A stretch of DNA of 64,000 nt from contig OX597840.1 of the NCBI GenBank assembly GCA_951406725.2, positions 13,392,001 through 13,456,000 on the forward strand, written 5' to 3'. Positions within the stretch are counted from its first letter, which is position 1. The number at the start of each line of letters is the position of its first letter. Below are positions 55,301 through 64,000 of the stretch, piece after piece. The notes below the pieces were generated by a model. The model had not been told where the DNA came from, searched no databases, and saw only the letters and a program-made list of their open reading frames with translations. The stretch is from Octopus vulgaris (Eukaryota). The position numbers and the translations under genes are program-made.

Positions 55301-57011
55301 TTGACGTTTGCCTTGTATTTGTAAAAGTTGATTCCAAGTCTCACCCAGAGACCTCAAGAGACAAGTTAGAAGTTCATGTTATCGTTATTATTATTATTAT
55401 TCTGTGTTTGACTTTTGCTTTATGTCTGTACAAGTTGGCTCCAAGTCTCACCCAGAGACCTCAAGAGACAACAGGTTGGAAGTTCTGTGCCATATATTTG
55501 GGGGTTTTTTTGGTTTTTTTGGTGTTGTACTAGTGAATGTCTAATACATAAAAATAAAAGAAAAAAAGAAAAGAAAAGAAAAAAAAGAAAAAGAAAAAAA
55601 GAAAACAAAATAAAATAAATAAATAAATAAATTTTTAAAAAGTTTGTTTTAAACCTTGGGATTACATAGAGAGTATTTTGCGTAGGATATGAGCAGTTCC
55701 CATGAGCACTATCTTTTGAATTTCTGCCATTTTGGGGTTTCCTGGTATCTGAGTTAGGTAACAATTAGTCCCTTTCGCTATCATTCCCAGGGCACCTATG
55801 ACAACAGGTATTGTTTTAGTCTTCAGCTTCCACATTTTGCTGATTTCTATTTCAAGATCTTTATATTTGCTCAATTTTTGGTAGGTCTTGACAGATACGT
55901 TTATATCGATTGGGACAGTCATATCAATGAGGAGGCATGTTCTTTGTCTGAAGTCTTTCAATAGGATGTCTGGCCTATTTGCATCTATCTTCCTGTCAGT
56001 TTGAATGGTGAAGTTCCAGAGGAGTGAGATGTGGTCATTTTCAAGCACTGGGGGTGGTTTGTGTTCCCACCAGTTTTTTTCATGGGGCAAATCCAGGTTT
56101 TTGCAAATTACCCAGTCAATATATTGTGCAGCTCTATCATGTCTACTGAGGTACTCTGTAGGCGCTAGAAGACTGCATTTGGAGACAACATGATCAATGG
56201 TTTCATTTTGTTGTCGGCATACACGACATGTTGGGCTACTGCCGTTCTTTAATATGCTGGCCTGGTAGTTTCTTGTTGGTAGGCATTGATCTTGAGCTGC
56301 TATGATAAACCCCTCTGTTTCAGATTTTAAGCCAGAGGCCATTAGCCATTGATGGGTCAGGGCTTTGTCAATATCTGCATTATTCACTCTCTTTGGGTAT
56401 TTGCCATAGAGAGGTTTTTCTTGCCATTTATTATTCAGAATATCTAAGGCCGCAGTTTTGGCACGGGTTTTCATGCACTTAGCTTTTTCTGTGCTTGTTT
56501 CTTGTATGTCTATCTCTAATTCCGAAATTGGTTGTATTCGGAATTCACTTAGATATTCCTTTGCCTGTTTTGTGACTGAGTATGATGCTTTCTTGTTTTG
56601 ATGTTTTGAGACAAGTTTTAACATCCAGTCCTCAGAGTTTTTCAGGTAGGTGTCTAGGCCAATTGTAGCAATCTTCATTGTTATTGCCAGTTGTAAAAGA
56701 CCACGGCCTCCTTCTTTTCTTGGCAGATAGAGTCGTTCTGTATCTGCCTTAGGGTGGTGCATTCTATGCATTGTCAACAGTTTCCTTATTTTTCTGTCGA
56801 GCTGACATATTTCAGTAATTGACCAGTTAACAATATTGAAACTGTAAGTCACGACTGGTATAGCTAATGCATTGATCGCTTCGATCCTGTTTCTTGCATT
56901 CAGCTCTGTCTTGAGTTGTTTCTTGCATTCAGCTCTGTCTTGAGTTGTTTCTTGCATTCAGCTCTGTCTTGAGTTTATTACTATTATTATTATTATTGTT
57001 TTAGTCTTTAG

Positions 57012-57068
<57 letters not shown>

Positions 57069-60000
57069 GAGTGAGAGAGCAGTGCATGCCACCAAAGTGA
57101 CTCTGAGGTAAAATATACGAAGCCCAGTATACCCATCATGGTTACTCGTCTGATAAGCGTACACCAGGCACATGCATCACATTATTATTATTGTTGTTGT
57201 TGTTGTTGTTGTTGTTGTTATTATCATTATTATTGTTCTTATTATTATCCTTATTATCGTTGTTGTTATTGCGATCAATTAGACTCTGCTGATTGTGAAC
57301 CAACTGATGATATTTGCACATTGATGACTATAAATGAAATCATGAATGGAAAGGTAAAAAAATATTTCAAATCTTAAAACACATTAATTTTTCTCTCCTG
57401 ATTTTTTTTTTAAACAATGAATGATATTTAAATCAATTTTAAACTTATATCTAGCCCAAAGGAGTCTTCTTTTACGATTTTACTTATCTCAGTCATTGGA
57501 GTGTGGCTATACTGGAGCACCACCTTGGAAGGTGTAGTCCAGTAGTCCAGTGGTTATCAAGCATCTTTTAACTAAAGACCTCTTTGATTTTAATTTTATT
57601 CTAGTGGACCCTTCATGACCATCCAGTGTCTGAAAGCTAATTCTATTGATATTCATTTCAAAACTCCTATTTTGTTTTTCATGTATTCGCTTGTATAGGT
57701 TTGGCAATGCTACTCTGTGAGAGAAACATGTTAAACTATGTTAAAGATTAGAGAAAGAAACCTACCAGTTTCTTACAATAAAAACATCTAAAAGAAAAGT
57801 TGGGTTTATTTTGTTTCATAGACCCTTAAAATACAACCGAAGATCCCCAATTTACTATTTTGCTTCCATAGACCCCACAAAATCTTATATAGACCTCTGT
57901 TGAGAACCACATGTGAAGTCGAACAAATCGCCACCAGTACTTATTGCTCTCCGTCTGGTACTTATTCTATCGGCCTTTTTTGCCGAACTGCTAAGTTAGG
58001 GGACATTAACAAATCAGGCAGTAGTGGGATACAAATAAACGCACATACATATACATTCGTATACAGCTGGATTTGTAGGGGACAAAAGAGCAACTGTCCT
58101 GGTCCCACCAGTATCGGCCCCCACAACACTGATATAAGTAGTAGGCTCTCTATATTGGGAGTCACCCCTTTCTGGCAGATTTGCATGAAGAGTGCCTCCG
58201 CCATTCTATTTCTTAAAAAATCAGTTTTAAAAAATTTTCAAAAATACATTTTCTCCACTTTAGCGTCACCAGTTACTAAATTCTCTTCCAATCTTTCTGT
58301 CTATCTGTCGTCCTCCATTCTCCCTATATCTTTTTCCTGTCTATCTGTCTATCTCTATTCTCTCTCTTTCTTTCTTTCTCTCTCTCTCTCTCTCTCTCTA
58401 TTTTACTCTCACTTATCCTCTCCCACTCTTTCCCTTTCTTGTTTGTTTACTCTCTTTCTCCTACTTATTCTCCTCTCTCTATCAGTTATCCTCTCTTTAT
58501 ATATATCTATCTGTCTGTCTGTCTCTCTCTCTCTCTTTCTCTCTGTCTTTCTCCCTCTCCTTTCTGTTTGCTTTTCTATTTCCCACTCTTCCTCTTTCAA
58601 TGTTTTCTTACTCTCTTCAACTTATTCTCCTTCCATTTCTGTCAATTCACTATTTATCCGACTGTCTATCTATGAGTCCTCCCCTCTCTATATATCTATC
58701 TTTTTGTTTGTCTGTCTGTCTATTTATCTCTCTCTCTCCCTCTCTTTCTAGCTCTATCTCTGTCTTTTCGTTTGCATTTCCCTCTTACCCTCTTTCTCCT
58801 CCTACAGCCATAACTTCCTCTCTTTCTCTCTTACACTCCCTCCTCTCCGTCCTGAACATGCTTCACTGCCCGTTCTTTCCTGTCTACTCTAACTATTCCT
58901 CTCTCCCTCACAACCTCATAACATTAGAGAGGTTAAACCACTTCCCGGGTAAGGTCTTCTCTCTGGTTACGCTTCGTTTCGTCTTTCCTGTGATCGTCGC
59001 CATGTCAAATTTAATTAACGCTATGTCTGAATTCTCATTAATTCATTAAATTAGTACTTTTTTTTCACTGAACCCAAAGGTAACCTGAATAGTGTGAACA
59101 GAGGGAAGTACAGATATTATGTAAGACAATGCGGTTGCTTTACCTGTTGGAAATAGCAGCCAGGTTGCCCTCAAATCACTTCCTACTGTCTCTTAGAAAA
59201 GATGCATTTGACAGTGTATTTCTAGACGTATTATGTCAGAAATACAGAATGGCTGGTCAAGCTGAAACATCTTTGATCGTAGGTCTGCTAGCTCAGGAGT
59301 GGCCTGGGGCTGAATAATCATATATTTTTATGTACTTTATAAAATAGAAATTAGAAAATCAGAGGTGGCCTTTCTCCTATAAAAACCAACAATCACCTCA
59401 ATGTGGTTTGGGGGCGAACCAGAAATTGGGAGAACGATGGCAACGGTACTTGAATGACAATCTAAATAGTAACTTATATGATATATGGAGGCGCAATGGC
59501 CCAGTGGTTTGGGCAGCGGACTCACGGTCCGAGGATCGCGGTTTCGATTCCCAGACCGGGCGTTGTGTGTGTTTATTGAGCGGAAACACCTAAGGCTCTG
59601 CGAGATTCCGGCAGGGGGTGGTGGCGACCCCTGTTGTACTCTTTCGCCCCAACTTTCTCTCACTCTCTCTTTCTGTTTCTTGAGTAACGCTGCGATGGGC
59701 TGGCGTCCCGTCCAGCTGGTGGTGGGGAATACATACGCCATAGAAACCAGGACACCGGGCCTATGAGTCTGGCTAGGCTTGAAAAGGGCAATGAAAAAAA
59801 CATCTTAAAAGTAAGAAATTTAAATAGAAAAAAATTCCTGTTTTACAGAAAAAGAGTTTAAGAAAATATTCAAACTTCCAATTTTTCTGAAAAATATTAT
59901 TGTTATAAAGGAAAAAGGTTTAATAAAATGTTGAGCATTCAAAATTTAGAAACTGGAATCGAATTTTAATTGGCATTTTGTTGTCCTTTTTGAAATGCTC

Positions 60001-62087
60001 ACCTCATTATCAAACATATCTTATTTCCAAAGTGGGGTGGAATACCACCTTTTTTTAACAAATGAAGATTAACTATATAATTTCTTTTGGAAGCATAGGA
60101 GAAGGATTTGATGGGATTAAGGACAGAAGGAGACGTTTAATCGAATAGAAGAGAGAAGCGAAAATAGAGGGGAGGAGGAGGCAAGAAACATGAAACAATG
60201 GTAGGTCCAGGAAGAAGGAAAATGAGTTATTCGAAGAGGGAAGATGGTGGGAGGTGAATGATGAAATGAAGAGAGAAGGAAAAGAAGGAGGAAAAGAGAA
60301 AAAGATAAGAAGAAGAGAAAGAGAGAAGAAGAATAAAAGAGAGATAGGTCTGAGAAGAAGGATAATGACTCAGATAATGTCCCAGATAAAGAGAAAGGAT
60401 TGTAAAATGGAATGGGGGAGAGAAAAGAAAGAGGAGGAAGTGAAGAGATTTTATTGTTAAAACTATTTTTTTTTCAAAAAGTGTAACAAGATGCCAATTA
60501 ATTTTTTTTATTTTTTCGATTCTAGTTTCTAACTTTTGAAGGCTCAAAATTTTATGAAACCTTTTTCTGTAAAACAACAATTTTCTTTTTTTCCTTTTTT
60601 TTTTTTTAGAAAAATTTAAAGTATGAACATTTTGTTAAACCCTTTTTTCTGTAAAACAGAACGTTTTTTCCATTTAGATATTACAAATGATTTGGAGCAA
60701 ACATCTGAAACAAGATATGGCGCTCAGACATTGGCAATCAAAATGGATTACGTTGAAACTGCTCTGATGGTGACGATCTGAATTCTAATTCTTTTACATT
60801 TTAACAGTACACAAAGTTTTTCAAGGAATTGAAGTTCGTCTGAACAAAGTGGTAGATCTAACCGATTCTTTAAAAAAACTTTCTGAAATCATATTGAGAT
60901 AGGTATGAAGAGTTGGAACTGGATGCTAGGAACGTGTGGAAATACAGACTCTAAAACAACAACAAATATAACAAGGAAGACAAACAGGCATGGAGTAAAT
61001 CTAGCATCAGCCTCGGAGGGAGTTGTCCTTTCTTATTTCTTTACTGTCCACAAGAGGCTACACACAGAGGGGACAAACAAGTACACACAAACGGATTAAG
61101 TCAATTATATCGACCCCAGTGCGTAACCGGTACTTAATTTATCGACCCCGAAAGGATGAAAGGCAAAGTCGACCTCGGCGGAATTTGAACTCAAAACGTA
61201 ACGGCAGACGAAATACCGCTAAGCATTTCGCCCGGCGTGCTAACTTTTCTGCCAACTCGCCGCCTTTCTGCAAGAGAACAATGCAGATGCAGGACTTTCA
61301 ATATCATTTTACATCAGTTTGTCATTCTCTTACAAAATCACAGATGAGTCTATCGATCTGTGTACGACAAGCTCAAAGTAATACATGCAGATTTCAGAAC
61401 TGAATCTGAGAAACTTATCCCCGTTTCCCTGTGATTTTAGTAATGCGTTCATAGAAGTAATTGTGCAGCTTACAGCCTTTTGTTAACCCAGGACATATTT
61501 CACTTTATCTAAAGAGGCTCTTTTAATCCATAATAAAAGGCTTGCTTATAACTTTCCAACTATTGATGTAACTCTTAAAATATATTTGAGCTTGATGGTT
61601 ATTAGTTGTTCAGGAGAAAGGTTATTCGATAAACTGAGACTGATAAAGAATTGTCTGAGAACCAAAACGACTCATGAAAGACTAAGTATTCTGTGCCTTT
61701 TGAATGTAGAGAACCGTATTCTAAAAACGCGTATCTTGAGAAATTCATTAAAGATTTTTCTGATACAAAGTGCAGAAAGAAAGTCGCTTTTGTAGGTATC
61801 ATAGTGTATAGTGGTAAGTTGATAAAACTTGTTGTACTTTGTTTAGATTGCAAACTTTGCACTGACTGATGCCTTTAAATTTTGTGTGTTAACTTGTCAA
61901 TTTCAGTTATATGCAATAGACGGATAATGAGATGTAAATTTGGTAATTTTACATGGATTTTAATATCTGAGTATGAATGACCCCCCCCCCACCGAATTTA
62001 AAGTGCTCTGGGCCCTACAAGATGTGAACCCAGTCCTGCGCTCCACACATGCACAAATAGATAGATAGACAGACAGATAAATATAGG

Positions 62088-62119
<32 letters not shown>

Positions 62120-63415
62120 TAGATAAGTTCCATTTGCTGTGAGGAACGAAGAATCCGCATGAAAACATAGATTATAATTATGGTGCCTAATCTGGAGAAA
62201 TAAAGGTCAGAATCAGAATCAGGACAATTTTTTGACCCAGAAACAAGTCTTACTTAACTTGTATTTCTTTTGAACCTGAAATTTGTTGCACAGTGTTATT
62301 AAACTCTTCTATTAAATCTTGGACTGAGCAGAATGGTTCTCTTGCAGAGTTGAAATGCTCAAGAACACAACAGGCGACCCAGTCCGGGATTCGAACTCAC
62401 AACCTCACGATCGTAAGCTCGACTCTCTAACGGATAAAAATTTCTTAGCTTCTCTTCCCAATTTTGCAATATTTCTTTATTACAAAAATATCATTAAACT
62501 TTATAACTTGTTGGTCGACATCTCGAACAATTTCTTGCTTACAGGACAGAAGGTTCAAACTATTTCCAATTATTTTGATTCTATTCTCAACAGGATGATT
62601 TCCCTGGTTTAATTCCTCTCATACACAAATATCTTGATTATAATTACGATACCGGTAGCAGACCTCAAAATATGAAATACCTGAAATATATTTCAGACAA
62701 AGCTGCAGGTAAGATGATTCATTTGTTTCCGTCGACTCATCCACCTTCAAATAGTTTTGAAAGCCCATAGAAAATGCGAGCCTTTTACGTGAAAAACTGT
62801 GGATTTGTATAAAGGACACACAGACACACAGATACACAAACATTTTGCCGTTTATAGATATAGAGATGTTGCTGCAAATACACAACATTTAATCTCTAAT
62901 GATGCTAGTTTGTTCTTTTTAATTATAAAATATAATGTTAAACTATCTTTTAACCTTGTAACAACCATCGTTAATAAACCATCAAACTCCAAATACTACG
63001 TACTTATATGAAGAAAACTGTGTGTGTGTGTGATTCTATCACAGTTAAACCATTCTATCACAGTTTGGTTTTAAGCAATGTTTTCAAAACAGTTATCACA
63101 GCTAAAACGAATAAAGAAAAGAAACAATTAGGGCTTTATCTGTTTTTGCCTCAGATCACGAAGTCAGGATATTGTTACAGAATACAGCAAATAATTTCCA
63201 TATAAAATAAATAATAAACCTTTTTTTTTATTTTCATTTAATTTATAGGAAAGATAAGGACAATGGCCCAATGGACAAGACAGTTTGTAACAAATCATGA
63301 AGATTACAAGAATGACTCTGTTGTCAGTGAGAGAATCGCTTATGATTTTATGATGGAATGTGAGAAGATTGTCAACAACGAAGAAGGATGTCCTCAAGCA
63401 TTTATCAGGAGTTAA
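6152..63415 (+). CDS. GCLC: Glutamate-cysteine ligase catalytic subunit-like gene, 16 coding exons, ~611 aa (whole-gene span)
   Basis: Hand-spliced exons give a continuous frame with compatible intron phases and GCLC motifs in the right order: [87 protein letters not shown]. All donors are GT and all acceptors AG except the preferred exon-3 acceptor. Confidence 0.95.
6360..6650 (+). mobile_element. 3' fragment of a restriction-like-endonuclease non-LTR element (Hero/NeSL-like)
   Basis: ORF 6371..6649 matches the E.RI..AH..K.EKY..L...VE..GF...AISE..E..S.WI pattern typical of RLE C-termini. Confidence 0.6.
7228..7474. mobile_element. hAT (Charlie-like) MITE
   Basis: Termini agtggttctcaac and ggttgcgaaccaccg are imperfect inverted repeats of the CAGTGGTTCTCAACC type. 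Confidence 0.55.
7857..11631 (+). mobile_element. Near full-length RTE-clade LINE with a frameshifted APE-RT ORF
   Basis: ORFs 8454..9425 (APE: [20 protein letters not shown]), 9590..10210 and 10217..10546 ([10 protein letters not shown]), LFADD near 10646, and 10769..11497 (RLRWLGHV...PK.LLYG). GC-richer than its flanks and ends at a (TA)n tract. Confidence 0.93.
12454..13880 (+). mobile_element. 5'-truncated Penelope-like element with an inverted pLTR
   Basis: + frame 12927-13153 gives NEHWRQ...SILYQH...R.ITEA.HI...PSLNRKLEW (GIY-YIG endonuclease C-terminus). ~475-bp inverted arms at 12454-12928 and 13347-13825; flanked by (TA)n. Confidence 0.82.
14507..17515 (-). mobile_element. hAT-superfamily DNA transposon with a degenerate transposase
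   Basis: TIRs cagtgttgccaa (14507) and ttggcaaccctg (17504-17515). Minus-strand pieces: N-terminal Zn finger (AHCRYC), [21 protein letters not shown] and hATC-like [13 protein letters not shown]. No TSD seen. Confidence 0.88.
17617..17800. repeat. Compound microsatellite (TATC)n(TA)n(GA)n, one of many in the window
   Basis: Directly visible. Similar (CA)n, (TA)n and (TAA)n tracts at e.g. 730-840, 25060-25150, 26430-26520, 27533-27610 and 56975-57070. Confidence 0.95.
18388..18494 (+). CDS. GCLC: GCLC-like exon 2 ([19 protein letters not shown]...)
   Basis: ttttttAG acceptor, GTGAGT donor, phase 0 to 2; resembles the family segment EYMLVSFDHENKKVRL. Confidence 0.92.
19087..21655 (-). mobile_element. 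5'-truncated Tx1/L1-clade LINE (RT plus C-terminal Zn-binding region)
   Basis: [32 protein letters not shown], (N)ADD and [16 protein letters not shown]. Confidence 0.9.
21992..22211. repeat. ~80-bp inverted repeat of a Helitron-like 5' segment
   Basis: atatcaaatttgagcgcaatc...agaacggattt (21992-22071) is the near reverse complement of 22132-22211. Confidence 0.7.
23189..23737 (+). mobile_element. Non-autonomous Helitron
   Basis: A|TC start, sub-terminal GC hairpin cccg..cggg, CTAG|T end, no TSD. Ends 25 nt upstream of GCLC exon 3. Confidence 0.8.
23763..23885 (+). CDS. GCLC: GCLC-like exon 3 ([18 protein letters not shown]...FKER); start 23763 (AA acceptor) or 23778 (AAG acceptor)
   Basis: PEYG/MEG motif, donor GTAAC at 23886. 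The 5' boundary is ambiguous; both options are phase 2. Confidence 0.88.
25152..26418 (-). mobile_element. Tc1/mariner transposon, degenerate
   Basis: TIRs taggatgtccccaaattaa.caaccaa and ttggttgccttaattttgggacaccctg, in TA/TG microsatellite. Transposase pieces QQD and [20 protein letters not shown]. Confidence 0.88.
27231..27296 (+). CDS. GCLC: GCLC-like exon 4 ([22 protein letters not shown])
   Basis: ttttAG acceptor, GTAAGT donor, 66 nt, ends in the FPR motif. Confidence 0.9.
27609..28101. mobile_element. Second copy of the Penelope-like pLTR (same family as 12454-13880), folded back
   Basis: Inverted arms at 27662-27815 and 27948-28101; adjacent to (TAA)n. Confidence 0.78.
28774..28890 (+). 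CDS. GCLC: GCLC-like exon 5 (LGRPNFTFP...QSIFLAD...HFPLF)
   Basis: tttcAG acceptor, GTGAGC donor; resembles LGCPGFT...SLFFPD...HPRF. Confidence 0.9.
29828..29886 (+). CDS. GCLC: GCLC-like exon 6 ([19 protein letters not shown])
   Basis: caAG acceptor, GTAAGT donor, 59 nt; T.NI..RR....INVP motif. Confidence 0.9.
30550..30767 (+). CDS. GCLC: GCLC-like exon 7 (YKDKNT...[22 protein letters not shown]...TPIM)
   Basis: tttcAG acceptor, GTAGGC donor; overlaps ORF 30570..30866; core GCLC signature. Confidence 0.95.
31610..32126 (-). mobile_element. Non-autonomous Helitron (termini related to 23189-23737)
   Basis: Minus strand starts TCtatatatat..aaaactg and ends cccgagcaacgccgggcgatactgCTAG|T. Confidence 0.8.
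33730..33846 (+). CDS. GCLC: GCLC-like exon 8 ([21 protein letters not shown]...[11 protein letters not shown])
   Basis: cttcAG acceptor, GTGAGT donor, 117 nt. Confidence 0.95.
36298..36436 (+). CDS. GCLC: GCLC-like exon 9 ([22 protein letters not shown]...YND...)
   Basis: ttattAG acceptor, GTATTT donor, 139 nt. Confidence 0.92.
38381..38493 (+). CDS. GCLC: GCLC-like exon 10 ([26 protein letters not shown]...DHIQ)
   Basis: atcAG acceptor, GTAAAA donor, 113 nt; RDP motif. Confidence 0.92.
38890..41360 (-). mobile_element. 5' half of a Tx1-clade LINE (ORF1 with CCHC knuckle plus APE endonuclease)
   Basis: ORF1 pieces 40464..40781 and 40186..40467 ([14 protein letters not shown]); ORF 38933..39685 ([30 protein letters not shown]). 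Confidence 0.9.
41930..42785 (-). repeat. Nested/tandem array of four SINE-A units
   Basis: Repeated cgaccccgaaaggatgaaaggcaaagtcgacctcggcggaatttgaactcagaacgta; only the outermost unit keeps the full tRNA-like head. Similar stack at 44210-44615; single copies near 18920, 26820, 28115, 33155, 35815, 46175, 50120, 53845 and 61030. Confidence 0.88.
42253..42368 (-). pseudogene. ~116-nt 18S rRNA fragment embedded in a SINE
   Basis: Reverse complement reads ...ggttccggggggagtatagttgcaaaacagaaacttaaaggaattgacggaagggcaccaccaggagtggagcct, the universally conserved eukaryotic SSU rRNA segment. Confidence 0.92.
42880..43251 (+). mobile_element. tRNA-derived SINE with a shared central domain and an RTE-like tail
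   Basis: Head gcccagtggttagg...ggtttcaattccc (A/B boxes). Relatives near 24140-24500(-), 31020-31310(-), 34125-34430(-), 34660-34940(-), 35420-35720(-), 36739-37040, 37258, 59487 and 63849. Confidence 0.85.
43355..43441 (+). CDS. GCLC: GCLC-like exon 11 ([29 protein letters not shown])
   Basis: ttttAG acceptor, GTAACA donor, 87 nt; divergent form of NIQSTNWQTMRFKPP...GWRVEFRPME. Confidence 0.93.
43478..43702 (-). mobile_element. Internally deleted mariner element (MITE-like)
   Basis: ~30-bp TIRs ttgggttgtccggaaagttcgtgtcgattt and aaatcggcacaaactttccagataacccaa. Retains the mariner C-terminus [23 protein letters not shown]. Confidence 0.85.
44889..46052 (-). mobile_element. 3' fragment of a Tx1-clade LINE
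   Basis: ORFs 45709..46047 (GGL.KPWL) and 45129..45626 ([16 protein letters not shown]), homologous to the 19087-21655 copy. Confidence 0.88.
46396..46852 (+). mobile_element. Full-length tRNA-derived SINE-B with an internal (TA)n(TG)n tract
   Basis: Head ggcgcaggagtggctgtgtggtaag...gggttcagtccc, tail gactgaaacaagtaaaagagt. Minus-strand copies near 845-1015, 3790-4250, 4905-5490, 22770-23170 and 37710-37980. Confidence 0.85.
46945..47049 (+). CDS. GCLC: GCLC-like exon 12 ([35 protein letters not shown])
   Basis: ttccAG acceptor, GTAAAC donor, 105 nt; well-conserved segment. Confidence 0.95.
48513..49438. mobile_element. Fold-back Penelope-like pLTR with a minimal type I hammerhead ribozyme motif
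   Basis: ~345-bp inverted arms at 48513-48858 and 48984-49335, hammerhead motif at 49107-49175. The terminal part 49355-49438 recurs inverted at ~24860-24945. Flanked by (TA)n. Confidence 0.75.
49975..50056 (+). CDS. GCLC: GCLC-like exon 13 ([13 protein letters not shown]...FHFRKNIQK)
   Basis: cttcaAG acceptor, GTAAGA donor; VDEN...AQKRD...F.FRK motif. Confidence 0.93.
51624..51857. repeat. 100-bp perfect inverted repeat with a 34-nt loop
   Basis: 51624-51723 is the reverse complement of 51758-51857. Confidence 0.9.
52630..55150 (-). mobile_element. Old degraded R4/Dong-like LINE interrupted by SINEs
   Basis: Pieces [33 protein letters not shown] and [14 protein letters not shown]...AAQDQSL. 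Confidence 0.8.
55403..56974 (-). mobile_element. Young 5'-truncated R4/Dong-clade LINE (RLE endonuclease) in a (TAA)n tract
   Basis: Intact 431-aa ORF with [50 protein letters not shown]; (TTA)n on both flanks. Confidence 0.92.
57283..57353 (+). CDS. GCLC: GCLC-like exon 14 ([24 protein letters not shown])
   Basis: attAG acceptor, GTAAAA donor, phase 1 to 0; resembles TLMSIDTIINGK. Confidence 0.88.
61540..61800 (+). mobile_element. hAT transposase C-terminal (dimerisation) remnant
   Basis: [33 protein letters not shown] matches the hATC ERSFS.L..IK..LR pattern. Confidence 0.7.
62594..62708 (+). CDS. GCLC: GCLC-like exon 15 ([15 protein letters not shown]...[11 protein letters not shown])
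   Basis: caacAG acceptor, GTAAGA donor; FPGLIP motif. Confidence 0.93.
63249..63415 (+). CDS. GCLC: GCLC-like terminal exon 16 ([28 protein letters not shown]...CPQAFIRS*)
   Basis: ttatAG acceptor; resembles TVARWMREFIANHPDYKQDSVI; stop TAA at 63413-63415. Confidence 0.93.
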
Positions 63416-63450
63416 CAAAAACTACAGCAATTTCACTTTGTATTCAGTCG

Positions 63451-63456
63451 AATAAA
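63451..63456 (+). terminator. Candidate polyadenylation signal AATAAA
   Basis: First AATAAA, 35 nt after the stop codon. Confidence 0.45.
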
Positions 63457-64000
63457 ATTATGCCAGTGCTTATTATTTTCTACCGGTAGCTTTTGTCAAA
63501 CCGCTAAGTTACAAGGATATAAGCAAACAAACTCCAGTTGTTAAGAGATGATGGGTACAAAGACAGACACAACGCTTTATAGGTGCGAAAACAATGGTCA
63601 CTCTCTTACCGGCCATAACAAACGACCTTATATGTATGTGTATCAGGTATTATATCTATGTGTATATCAGGTATCAGGTGTTAACAAAAGCCATAATTTT
63701 GTTTAACTTATAAATAGGTGAAAAGAAAAACATGAAATCGGTACCAGAGGAATTTGAACTCAGAACGTAAGACGCTTAAAGAAATAACACTAAGAATTTC
63801 GCCCATGATTCTACTTTCTCACTGCTTTGTTGCTACTAAGCATGTGTGAAGGTGCGTGGCTTAGTGGTTATGGCATTCGGCTCACGATTGTAAAGTCGTG
63901 ATTTCGATTCCCGGCGACGCGTTGTGGCCTTGAGCAAGACACTTTATTTCACATTGCTCCAGTCCACTCAGCTGGCAAAAATGAGTAGTACCTATATTTC

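Noticed and set aside
57900-59049. 283-aa and 149-aa Ser/Leu-rich ORFs
   Set aside because: They arise from a low-complexity CT tract plus SINE sequence in intron 14, with no recognisable domain.
58070-62040. A single large hAT element spanning intron 14
   Set aside because: The possible termini are too degenerate and no TSD is visible; only the hATC fragment near 61540-61800 is supportable.
6152-63415. GCLC locus as a dead pseudogene
   Set aside because: There is no stop or frameshift across 16 exons, and an in-frame AG exists even if the AA site is unused. Not fully excluded without expression data.

Overview
AT-rich, microsatellite- and transposon-dense animal genomic DNA. The repeat content (tRNA-derived SINEs, (AT)n/(AC)n/(TAA)n tracts, RTE, Tx1, R4/Dong and Penelope elements) points to a coleoid cephalopod, probably Octopus; this is inference. 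I read one host gene by hand on the + strand: a 16-coding-exon glutamate-cysteine ligase catalytic subunit (GCLC)-like gene from ATG 6152 to TAA 63415. It has an uninterrupted spliced frame of 611 aa, or 606 aa with the alternative exon-3 acceptor. The Mg-binding glutamates and the catalytic Arg are kept, but many normally invariant substrate-pocket motifs are changed, which suggests a neofunctionalised paralogue. The exon-3 acceptor that best preserves the family's residue numbering reads AA instead of AG, a candidate for A-to-I editing-dependent splicing. The introns hold RTE, Tx1, R4/Dong and Hero-like LINEs, hAT, Tc1/mariner and Helitron elements, and about a dozen fold-back hairpins, several with Penelope-type hammerhead cores. 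They also hold an apparent Tx1-LINE/SINE self-targeting system and a SINE that captured an 18S rRNA fragment. Comparisons with human or yeast GCLC are from memory of those sequences, not from a search.
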